From assembly GCF_006345805.1 (NCBI RefSeq), contig NW_021825615.1, positions 1-15,131 on the forward strand: 15,131 nucleotides of DNA, given 5' to 3'. Positions 1 to 9,104 of the stretch are shown here, in pieces. The stretch is from Octopus sinensis (taxonomy: Eukaryota). Position numbers and translations under genes: made by a program. Within the stretch, counting starts at the first letter, position 1, and each line of letters begins with the position of its first letter. The notes beneath the pieces were generated by a model. That model saw only the letters and a list, made by a program, of their open reading frames with translations. It had not been told where the DNA came from and searched no databases.

Positions 1-44
1 AAGCGCACTCACACACATATATGTATGTATATATGCATGTATAT

Positions 45-106
<62 letters not shown>

Positions 107-292
107 GTATTATATATATATAAATATGTATGTATGTATGTATGTATACATGTATATATCTATATTATATATGTATGTATGAATATATGTATATACCTAT
201 ATGTATATATCTATCTATCTATATATATGTATGTATGTATCCATATCTATCATTCATCAATCTATATATGTGTGTGTGTGCGCGCGCATGTG
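1..292. repeat. (TA)n/(TATG)n/(TG)n compound microsatellite
   Basis: Dinucleotide and tetranucleotide runs directly visible. Confidence 0.95.
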
Positions 293-494
293 TGAGCAGT
301 CGCACGAAGCAATGGTGAAACATGGTTACAGTTAAGTTTAAATATATTTGGGACCTATTTCAACTTGTAACTGCTATTTTACTGCAGTTAAACGTCTACA
401 AGAATTCATGATTTTAGTAATAATACGTTGGAACGCCATTTCTAGCTGGTTAGCCGTCCTCAGCAATAGATACCGAAAGAGTAGTAAAGAAATA

Positions 495-678
495 GGTATT
501 TCGTCTGCCGTTACGTTCTGAGTTCAAATTCCGCCGAGGTCGACTTTGCCTTTCATCCTTTCGGGGTCGATTAAATAAGTACCAGTTACGCACTGGGGTC
601 GATATAATCGACTTAATTCCTATGTTTGTTCTTGTTTGTCCTCTCTGTGTTTAGCCCCCTGTGGGCAATAAAGAAATA
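495..678 (+). mobile_element. Family-A SINE, headless copy (no A box) with 3' end type 3
   Basis: B-box-like GAGTTCAAATTCC and core GAGGTCGACTTTGCCTTTCATCCTTTCGGGGTCGATTAAATAAGTACCAG shared with the other copies; distinct 3' end TTTGTCCTCTCTGTGTTTAGCCCCCTGTGGGCAATAAAGAAATA; TAAAGAAATA occurs at 485-494 and 669-678. Confidence 0.85.
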
Positions 679-1338
679 TATATTATCCTTACAAGTAGGT
701 TTTTAGTCCAGAAGATACCCTCTGTTCGACCGTGGATGACATCAGTGGTAAAATCACTTTTCAGGAAACTCGAACAAGGGGTGAGTGTCACGGTCAGATC
801 ATATTTGGTGCATAGCCCGAGTAGACGCTTTGTATCGGTACTAATATCACTTATACGAAAAATCACCTAAAAGTCCAGTCCCATGTTTCGTAATCTCTTC
901 TGACACTTCGATTAAAATCACCGAGAATAAACAGCTTATCAGTTGCTGGCGCGGCATCTAGCTATCCACGCGATGAATCATGGAAAACTTCCTTTTTATT
1001 CTCTTCGTTTGTCTTCAGTAGAACGTAGCCACTAAAACAGTTTCGATTTCCAGTTACTGCAACTTGCATTTTCATTGGCACACACAAGCCTTCACACCTA
1101 TGTGTATTATACATACATACATACACACATAGACACACACACATATTTATATCAGTAAAAACCACACAGACACTACGAGTAAGATTGTGAGTAAAATAAG
1201 AGGCAAAAAGCAAATATTATGCGTAATCGAAGAAATGAAAATATGTAAATGAAAGGGTGTAGAAATATAAAGCAAAGGAAACGACCACCAAAGTAGTGTA
1301 TGCATACATGGACACATAGGCACACACATATATATGTC

Positions 1339-1369
<31 letters not shown>

Positions 1370-1669
1370 TGTGTGAACGAATCAGGATACACTTCGGTAT
1401 GGCAGACACACGTGAGTTAAGAATTACAAGTGGAAATAAAAGGAAAGTTTTAAAAGTATAGAAAAATCTACTGGTGCATGGCCGATGTGCATCGGTGATG
1501 GTTGCTGCGTCGTGGGCCGAATGAACCCTAATATTTTCTGATTTTCTGTAGCATCGGTGTTGCCTGATCACTGCCGGGACAATCGATACTGGCAGAAGGT
1601 GACGAAATCGAGATGATCATTTGTCGGCAGCTGAGGAAATGAATATCCCGCAGTGCAGTTATAATGCAA

Positions 1670-1899
1670 TGTGTATATACATATGTGTGTGCGCGCGCGT
1701 ATGTGTGTGTGTGTGATGTATATGTATGTGTGTATTTGTGTGTGTTATATAAATATATATATATATATATATATACATATATACAAACACACATATATGC
1801 ACATGTAAGTCTACAAATGTACTTATATAAATATGTATTTACATATATATATATATAACACATATATGCTATGAGTGTGTATATATACATATACATGTA

Positions 1900-1948
<49 letters not shown>

Positions 1949-2025
1949 GCAAGTATGTTTGTATGTAGTATGTATATATCCAACTATGTACTGATCGTGT
2001 GTGTGTGTGTGTATGTGTGTATGTT

Positions 2026-2062
<37 letters not shown>
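1670..2062. repeat. (TG)n/(TA)n/(TC)n compound microsatellite
   Basis: Directly visible; source of several spurious YI/VC/RE ORFs. Confidence 0.95.
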
Positions 2063-2064
<2 letters not shown>

Positions 2065-2391
2065 GCATGCATGTACGTTTGTCTCGTCTTACCGAACGCT
2101 GCACCAAAGACCCGCCATGATGTCAGCGCTAACGGAAACAAGATGTCGATCTACAAATTAATGGGGGTAACATGTTGATTAATTTCGAGGTTGGAGAGGT
2201 TGGGTGGTCTTTGGGTGTATAAGTGGATTCAGGGTGGCTATAGCTACAAATGACCATTGTTATTAAATAGACGCTGCTGCTGGTGTGTGTGTGTGTGTGT
2301 GTGTGTGCGGTGCTTGCGTGTTTTCCACTGAAGAGTCAGCTTCTTGCTCCACAGATCTTCATTAATATAGAGAGCAGCTGTATAGGCGATC

Positions 2392-2990
2392 ATGGTGATG
2401 GTGATGATGGTTAAGGTGATAGTAGAAGAGCTGATAATGATGTTGATAAAGATGTCGACGGTGGTGTTAGTGATGTTGGAGATGATGATTATGATGATGA
2501 TAGTGTTGGTGGTGGTGGTGGTGGTGATGATGATGATGATGATAGTGTTGATGGTGGTAGTGATGATGATGATGATGATGATGATGATAATGTTGGTGGT
2601 GGTGGTGATGATGATGATGATGATGATGATGATAGTGTTGGTGGTCGTGGTGGTGATGGTGGTGATAGTTGTAGTGACGCTGCTGCTGCTAATGATGATG
2701 ATGATGATGATTACGATGATGATTACGATGATGGCGGTGGTGTTGGTAATGGTGGTGGTGGTGGTGATGATCGTAGTAATGATGTTCTTAGTAATGATGA
2801 CGATGTCAATGATGATGATGATGATGATGACAATAACGATAATGTCTATGACGATGACGACGAGAACAAAGTGATGATAACGACGACGATGACAATGGTG
2901 GTGGTGGTGGTGTTGGTGTTGGTGGTGTGGTTTGGCGGTGGTATGGATTGTTACGATGTACAGGAAGGAGGTAATGATGTTGTCGAGCCT
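2392..2990. repeat. (GAT)n/(GGT)n trinucleotide low-complexity tract
   Basis: Directly visible; the poly-M/V and poly-I/T ORFs are its translations. Confidence 0.95.
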
Positions 2991-3161
2991 AATGAGCATA
3001 ATGATTACATCCAGTGATAATTAACATCGTTAAGAAGGAAGAAAAACTAAAGCACAACAACAACAACAGCAACAATAATGGCGACGACGAAGACAAATCA
3101 GGATTGTTCTACAAAACATCAACGAAATCAAAATCTAAAATATTTATAGCAATCCGTATGA

Positions 3162-3162
<1 letters not shown>

Positions 3163-3198
<36 letters not shown>

Positions 3199-3199
3199 G

Positions 3200-3231
<32 letters not shown>

Positions 3232-3455
3232 GCTACTACTACTACTACTACTACTACTCTACTACTGCTGCTGTTACTGCTTCTACTACTACTACTACTA
3301 CTATACTACTACTATTACTACTGCTGCTGCTGCAGCTACTACTACTACTACTACTACTACTAATCCTACTGCTGCTGTTGCTGCTACTACTACTGCTGCT
3401 ACTGCTTCTACTACTACTATTACTACTACTATTACTACTGTTGCTGCTGCTGCTT

Positions 3456-3498
<43 letters not shown>

Positions 3499-3537
3499 AC
3501 TACTACTACTACTACTGTTGCTGCTGTTGTTACTACT
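3163..3537. repeat. (CTA)n/(CTG)n trinucleotide tract
   Basis: Directly visible; the poly-L/T/Y ORFs are its translations. Confidence 0.95.
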
Positions 3538-3541
3538 TCGT

Positions 3542-3740
3542 TTGGCAGAATCGGTTGAGGGTCGGGAAAAAGGCTTCGTTATTTAGTTGGGAGTTCAAAT
3601 TTCACCGAGGTCGACAGTGACTCTCCTTCACTCGGGTATCGATAGAATAATTTATCAATCAATTATTGGGAGTGGATGTGATTGACGATAATCCCCACAC
3701 AAGATTTAAGGGCCTCTGACAATATGGCAGAAATCACGAT
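3542..3740 (+). mobile_element. Family-A SINE, old degenerate copy
   Basis: TGGCAGAATCGG (A box), GAGTTCAAATTTCACCGAGGTCGAC (B box and core) and GATAGAATAA in the expected order. Confidence 0.7.
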
Positions 3741-3899
3741 TAACAATAAATGCAAAAATATAGAATCTAAAAGAAAATAAAGCACAGTAACAACAACATT
3801 AAGCAAAACTGCAATCGACCCGCTTGAATTACTGGTACAGTCTATCTGGTGATAGCTCCCTTCTAGCCGATTTTATTCCCATGGAATGGATCCATCTGA

Positions 3900-4074
3900 G
3901 ATGCTACGCATTGCGACCGTCTTTACGTTCTGGGTTCAAATTCCGCCGAGGTCGACGTTGCCTTTCATGTTTTTGCGGCCAACAAATTCAGTACCAGTGA
4001 AACACTGGGGTCGATGTAATCCACTAGACCCCCTCCCCACAAATTTCAGGCCTTGATCCTTTAGTAGAAAGGAC
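3900..4074 (+). mobile_element. Family-A SINE, 5'-truncated, 3' end type 1
   Basis: GGGTTCAAATTCCGCCGAGGTCGAC...GTACCAGTGAAACACTGGGGTCGATGTAATC...TTTCAGGCCTTG...AGTAGAAAGG. Confidence 0.85.
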
Positions 4075-4090
4075 TATTATAATAATGTTT

Positions 4091-4307
4091 AAGGCAGTGA
4101 CCCGGCAGAATCGTTAGCACACCGGACAAAATGCTTAGCAGCATTCTGTCTGTCCTTATGTTCTGAGTTCTAATACTATCGTGGTCAACTTTGCATTTGA
4201 TCCTTTCGGGGTCGATAAAATAAAGTACCAGTTGATCCCTAGAGTCGATGTAATCGACTAAACCGATGCCCCGAAATTGCTGGCCTTGTGCCAAAATTTT
4301 AAACCAT
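4091..4307 (+). mobile_element. Family-A SINE, full length, 3' end type 2, 16-bp TSD
   Basis: AAGGCAGTGA..GGCAGAATCGTTAGC head to GGCCTTGTGCCAAAATTTTAAACC end; perfect direct repeat TATTATAATAATGTTT at 4075-4090 and 4308-4323. Confidence 0.9.
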
Positions 4308-4323
4308 TATTATAATAATGTTT

Positions 4324-4465
4324 CTGGGTCTTTACGTTCTGGGTTCAAATACCACCATTCATCTTTCGGAGATGATAAAATAAAGTACCAGTCATATACT
4401 GGGGTCGATGGAATTTGTCATCCTCAAAATTGCAGACGTTTCACCAAAAGGACAAGGAATTATTC
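4324..4465 (+). mobile_element. Family-A SINE, truncated and internally deleted
   Basis: GTCTTTACGTTCTGGGTTCAAAT...GATAAAATAAAGTACCAGTCATATACTGGGGTCGAT. Confidence 0.75.
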
Positions 4466-4474
4466 TATTAAGGA

Positions 4475-4709
4475 TTTCAAATTTTGCCACAAGGGCAGTT
4501 GTTTAGGGGAAGGAGATGAGTCGATAATATCGACCCCAGTGTTTCACACACATTATATACCTCCAGTAAAACACACACAATTTATCGACCCCGAAAGGAT
4601 GAAAGGCAAAGTCGACCTAGGTAGAATTTGAACTCAGAACGTAGCGACAGACGAAATACTTCTATGCATTTCGCCCGGCTTGCTAACGATTCTGCCAACT
4701 CGCCGCCTT
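4475..4709 (-). mobile_element. Family-A SINE, full length, minus strand, 3' end type 2
   Basis: Reverse complement reads AAGGCGGCGAGTTGGCAGAATCGTTAGC...GAGTTCAAATTC...GTCGACTTTGCCTTTCATCCTTTCGGGGTCGATAAAT...CTTGTGGCAAAATTTGAAATCC; a CA-rich stretch replaces part of the core at about 4545-4580. Confidence 0.9.
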
Positions 4710-4803
4710 AATAATCATTGTAACAATGCTTTCTAACGTTCGTCCGCAATTAAGATGGTTGAGAGCACCTAATTAGATCTGAATTAATAGATTAATAGCC
4801 CTG

Positions 4804-5020
4804 AAGGCTGCGAGTTGGCACAATCGTTAATAGAATCGGACAGAATGCTTAGCAGCATTCCATTGGTCTTTACGTTCTGAGTTCAAATTCCATCGAGCTT
4901 GACTTTGCCTTGCATCCCTTCAGGGTCGAGAAAATAAACCCCATTTAAACAATGGGGTCGATGTAATCAACTTATCCCCTACCCTCAAATTGCTGGCCTT
5001 GTGCCAAAATTTGAAACCAA
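4804..5020 (+). mobile_element. Family-A SINE, full length, 3' end type 2
   Basis: Head AAGGCTGCGAGTTGGCACAATCGTT, B box GAGTTCAAATTCC, end GGCCTTGTGCCAAAATTTGAAACC; candidate TSD ATTAATAGCCCT (4791-4802) / ATTAATAGCACT (5024-5035), 11 of 12 matching. Confidence 0.88.
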
Positions 5021-5049
5021 TATATTAATAGCACTTCTACGCCGACACT

Positions 5050-5126
5050 TGATCTACTAGAAGTAGCAACAAAATCACTCCAAAATCTCCCCCTACGCTC
5101 ATAAAAATGGAAGGACACAGGATAAA
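5050..5126 (+). repeat. Unclassified dispersed repeat 'C', fragment
   Basis: CTAGAAGTAGCAACAAAATC...GGACACAGGATAA resembles 5871-5995 (+), 6575-6690 (-) and 9105-9200 (-). Confidence 0.5.
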
Positions 5127-5604
5127 GGCACAAGGCCTTATTATCTCAGGTTTACAAGAAGTTTGAGTTTGAATCTTGGCTTTGCCCTTCGTTTTCATTA
5201 ACTGTCGCAAGTCACTGTGTGAGGTTGTGGCTAGCATGCCTTCTGGCATAGGTGAGGAGGACGGGAGGATTGCATTAGAGCGACGTGAAGTGGGGCACTT
5301 CCCGATAATGATGCTAATTAGACAAAGATCGATATGGATTAACGTGTTCTATTAATAAAGAGGGCGCCACCGTCAATGTGTTACTGACACGACATTTCCA
5401 CACTAGCGGTAAATACCTCATTTGTCTTTTTATTCAATCCTCTCTGCTCCCCCCCCACCCCATCCTCTTCCATCCTACCCCCCACCCCACCCCCAGCTAC
5501 ACAGAATCAGCGCTGCATGCACTGCACGCGCTGATGCGCACAAATATACACGCATACACAAGTACACAATCACAACCACGACAGAAGGATACGACTACAA
5601 CACA

Positions 5605-5644
5605 CACACGGACACACGGACACACGGACACACGGACACACGGA
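5605..5644. repeat. (CACACGGA)x5 octamer tandem repeat
   Basis: Five perfect units. Confidence 0.95.
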
Positions 5645-5732
5645 CACACACCTGCACACATACGCCGACACGTCTTTTCTCGTGCTGGTTTCCAACAAAC
5701 TGTGACGGTTAAACATGGCTGTTAACAAGCTA

Positions 5733-5810
5733 CAACAATAGGAAGCAACAGCAACAACAACAACAGCAACAGCAACAACAACAGCAACAGCAGCTGCAAA
5801 AGTAGCAACG
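5733..5810. repeat. (CAA/CAG)n tract
   Basis: Directly visible. Confidence 0.9.
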
Positions 5811-5870
5811 GCAGGAAAAAAAATATAGAAACAACAGAAGCAACAAGTCAATGAGAGGGCCCACAGTTTG

Positions 5871-5995
5871 GTGGATCAATCTGCTAGAAATAGCAACTAA
5901 ATCTCTCTCAACTCGCACACAAAAGGCTTAAGAAAAGAAAGATTGAGTGGTGTCTAAGAAGACGGGGTGGTCATGGCTGAAATGGTCATGGCTCA
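5871..5995 (+). repeat. Unclassified dispersed repeat 'C'
   Basis: CTGCTAGAAATAGCAACTAAATCTCTCTCAA...; motif shared with three other loci in the window. Confidence 0.5.
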
Positions 5996-6030
5996 GAGTA
6001 GATTTAGAGTTAAACATAAAAGAAACATAA

Positions 6031-6432
6031 GCGAGGCGTGGTTGTGTGGTAAGAACCTCACTTCCCAACCACATGGTTCCGGGTTCAGTCCCACTTCGTG
6101 ACATCTTGCGCTGCTGTCTTCTCCTATAGTCAACAACCGGCCAAAGCCTTGTGAGAGGATTCGGTAGACGGAAACTGAAAGAAGCCCGTCGTCTGTCGTG
6201 TTTGTGTGCGTGTATGTGTGTGTGTGTGTGTATGTGTTCGTTCTCCACCACCGCGTGACGACAACAAGCGTTGAGGTGTTTACTTCTTCATAACTTAGCG
6301 GTTCGGCAGAAAAAAAAGCGATAGAATAAGTACCAGGCTTTGAAAAATAAGTGCTGGGATACATTCATTCGACCAAAAATATTCAAAACAGTGATCCAGC
6401 ATGGCCGCAATCTAATGACTGAAACAAGTAAA
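6031..6432 (+). mobile_element. Family-B tRNA-type SINE (~400 bp) with internal (TG)n; possibly the octopus OK family
   Basis: A box GTGGTTGTGTGGT, B box GGTTCAGTCCC, internal TG microsatellite at about 6200-6237, 3' CCAGCATGGCCGCAATCTAATGACTGAAACAAGTAAA. The head recurs at 9052-9096 and the tail at 15040-15131 (-). Family name from recall of size only. Confidence 0.85.
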
Positions 6433-6574
6433 GGAGGAACCTCAGTAATAAGAGAAGCAACTACAACAGTAACAGCAACAACAACAACCACCTTTAGCCT
6501 AAGGTGGTTCTTATTTAATAGACCCCTAAATAGTGTTTATTTTGTGAATATCCAACATTTTATCCAACGGTGCA

Positions 6575-6690
6575 TCCTGGGCCACATTATCTAATGTATT
6601 ATTCCTCTTGCAGAAAGGGTGGGTATAGTTAACTGTTGTTTCTAGCAAATTGAGAGACTATGAAGAGACTCACTATTTGTTTCGTTGGTT
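6575..6690 (-). repeat. Unclassified dispersed repeat 'C'
   Basis: Reverse complement contains GCTAGAAACAACAG...TACATTAGATAATGTGG, matching the family-C motif order. Confidence 0.45.
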
Positions 6691-6809
6691 TTGAAGGTTA
6701 ATGAGTATTATGATGGCAGTCGTCGTGGAAAAGCTTTTCTATGTGATAAGGCATCAACTTTAAACATACTAAAAACTAATTTAGATTTAAAGAGGTAGCG
6801 TAGCTTATT

Positions 6810-8250
6810 TAACTTTATAAAACCTGTATCGTACCTTCAAGAATCATAAACATAATTTTGGAAACAATTCCGTTACTAGACTTATTAAACCACCAAAATA
6901 GATTATATCATTTTTTTAAAAATCCAAGTTCAAAGATGTCATACAGCAAATCAGTTTTAGATATAACGGTCGGGGAAGATTCTTCAGCTTTATAAAACCC
7001 TTATCGTACCTTCAAAGTTCATAATGGAAATTTTGAAAACAACTCCTCTATGAGACCTATTAAACTACCAAAACAGATATAATGAACATCAAGTTCAAAC
7101 AAGCCATAAATATATTCCAGAAAGATTCGAAATAAAAATGAAATAAGAAATTTTTGTAGTACCAGAGGGAACTTAAAATTTCTGTGAAATTAATAAACCC
7201 GCTAACATATATTCTTCTCAAACTTTACCCATGGCAGTTATAAGGAAACGAATTTTATGACTTTAAATATTAACACCTACGAAAAAATGCAACAGATTTA
7301 AATACTGAAGATGCAATAGACTCTATGGCTTTATAAAGCCCGTATTTTACTCTCAATGATCATAACACAGTTTTGAAAACAATTCCACTGCTGGACTTAT
7401 TATACTAACATAACAGATATTGATATTTCTAGTAAACACAGTCTTGATAATACAATTCTCAAAATGAAATTAACTTCCCACTCACTCCTACCAGTTCTGC
7501 GATTTCTTGACTAAATTTCTTGTATGCCAATGAAGATCATAAATTTACCCAGTATGACATTAAAAATTACAATTTCTCGATTCACGAAACACTGTTGAAG
7601 AATGCATTTGATTTCACAAATGATTTGTTACCAATGGCTGCGTTGAAATTAATATCATTTTAGGAATCCCATTTATTTTATCATTAAAGCCTCCAAATAG
7701 AAAAAAGTCGAATATTTCCTTGATATAAAAATGGGATAAGGGATTCACCTGAAATATGTGACAGTGGGGAATTGTATATCTTGTCCTATCAACAGTTCAA
7801 ATTTCCTATATTCTCGGAGGTCTTTGTAGAGATGGATGGATGGAAGCACTCCGTCGGTTACGACGACGAGGGTTCCGGTTGATCCGAATCAACGGAACAG
7901 CCTGCTCGTGAAATTAACGTGTAAGTGGCTGAGCACTCCACAGACACGTGTACCCTTAACGTAGTTCTCGGGAATATTCAGCGTGACACAGAGAGTGACA
8001 AGGCCGGCCCCTTGAAATACAGGCACAACAGAAACAGGAAGTAAGAGTGAGAGAAAGTTGTGGTGAAAGAGTACAGCAGGGATCACCACCATCCCCTGCC
8101 GGAGCCTCGTGGAGCTTCAGGTGTTTTCGCTCAATAAACACTCACAACGCCCGGTCTGAGAATCGAAACCGCGATCCTATGAACGCGAGTCCGCTGCCCT
8201 AACCACTGGGCCATTGCGCCTCCACTTTGTAGAGATAATGTTCAATAAAT
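6810..8250 (+). pseudogene. Decayed Penelope-like element (PLE) reverse transcriptase, interrupted by a SINE and preceded by two partial tandem copies
   Basis: Manual translation across stops and frameshifts gives, in order: NIKFK..NIFQ (7082), IFVVPEGT*NF, YFTLNDH..FENN..LI..TDI..SKH.LD (7343-7450), KFTQYDIKNYNFSIHETLLKNAFDF (7541-7615), DIKMG..DSPEICD..LYIL (7722-7785), GLCRD|NV (7819-7833 plus 8237). This parallels PLE RT motifs as I recall them (FITLKDHK.NF.NNP..RLINP, FDI..FYPSI, FDVTMGS.DGAEVCELVG.YIL, GLYRDDGL). Confidence 0.78.
7834..8224 (-). mobile_element. Full-length tRNA-Arg-derived SINE (391 bp; OR1-like by recall) with 12-bp TSD
   Basis: Minus-strand head GGAGGCGCAATGGCCCAGTGGTTAGGGCAGCGGACTCGC (A box, TCG anticodon-like), B box GGTTTCGATTCTC, (TCCA)n tail; perfect TSD CTTTGTAGAGAT at 7822-7833 and 8225-8236. 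Confidence 0.93.
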
Positions 8251-8837
8251 CCACCGTAATATTAACTATGAATAAATAATTTTTTTTTGTATCTATAATG
8301 GTTACATAATACATTATTTCGTTTAGTCTGGTGACATTTATGTTTGTATCTGTTTTCATCAAGTATGCGATGACCAGGTTTAATTCTTTTTAAATTTTAA
8401 TTGTTGCTATTTCATCCCTGATTTTCATACTTTGGATAAACTTTTTTTAGTGCTTAGAAAAGATCGATTGTTTCTTATTCTTTATTTCTTTTCCCAATTT
8501 GATTTTCCTCATATTTACGAGTTCTCTCATTAGAACTACCTATTCTTAAATCTTTATCATCTCCTTTATAATTCACATTTTCTTTTGTATTGTCTTGGCT
8601 CAATTTCCATTACCCAGTACTCTATAAGTGTTCTGGTACCTGGTTTTGTTGTCTTCTCGGGATTATTCTATCTTACTTTTGTTACTCCCGTCTTTGTGGC
8701 TTACTCTCATTTTCTCTGAATTTCTTTCTGGTTCGTTATTCGTTTCTTCGTGATTAACAACATTCCAACCTTGACCACCTCATCTTTTTTTCACACATAA
8801 TGTTTCAAAAATCACATTGTCCTTATACCCTCTAAAT

Positions 8838-9045
8838 CAGTGGTTCTCAGCCGGTGTCCACATGACCCCTTGGGATCCCTATATAAGATTTTGGGGATCC
8901 ACACAAGCGAAAGAGTAAACTGGAGACACATATGCTATGTGAAGTGTCCATGAAATTATTTTACTTTGGATGTATTTACAGCAAGAAACAGCCTGGTTTC
9001 TTTCTCTGACGTTTTACATAGTTCAGCCTGCGCAAGGGAATGATA
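8838..9045 (+). mobile_element. hAT (Charlie-like) MITE, one end only
   Basis: Begins CAGTGGTTCTCAGCC (Charlie-type TIR) directly after the 8-mer CTCTAAAT; recurring GG(A/G)TCC(A/C) subterminal motifs; second TIR not found. Confidence 0.6.
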
Positions 9046-9051
9046 GACAAA

Positions 9052-9096
9052 GGTGCAGGAGTGGCTGCGTGGTAAGAAGCTTGCTTCCCAACCACA
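9052..9096 (+). mobile_element. Family-B SINE 5' head fragment
   Basis: GGTGCAGGAGTGGCTGCGTGGTAAGAAGCTTGCTTCCCAACCACA aligns to 6031-6072. Confidence 0.8.
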
Positions 9097-9104
9097 AACT
9101 CTCA

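Noticed and set aside
130-2141. YI/VC/TH/RE-rich ORFs, also at 13412-14998
   Set aside because: Dinucleotide microsatellite artefacts.
2392-3537. GAT tract and CTA tract as a giant inverted repeat
   Set aside because: The reverse complement of (CTA)n is (TAG)n, a different class from (GAT)n, so they do not pair.
2244-3620. Long ORFs of 251, 160, 190 and 80 aa (poly-I/T, M/V, L/T)
   Set aside because: They are translations of trinucleotide repeats that lack stops in those frames; no domain content.
4061-4631. ORFs sharing 'FIDPERMKGKVDL' (also 11446-11718)
   Set aside because: Antisense translation of the family-A SINE core, not a protein family.
4723-4770. Tiny hAT MITE (CAATGCTTTCTAAC...GGTTGAGAGCAC)
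   Set aside because: TIR match too degenerate and no TSD.
6810-7425. CRISPR-like repeat-spacer array
   Set aside because: Units are ~95 bp, degenerate, irregularly spaced and translate as PLE RT sequence.
8150-8224. Possible tRNA-Arg gene
   Set aside because: Anticodon and acceptor stems pair poorly; it continues into a SINE body and tail bounded by a TSD.
8260-8800. Minus-strand coding remnant (possible PLE C-terminus or LINE ORF1)
   Set aside because: Purine skew is suggestive, but I could not read any convincing motif; needs blastx.
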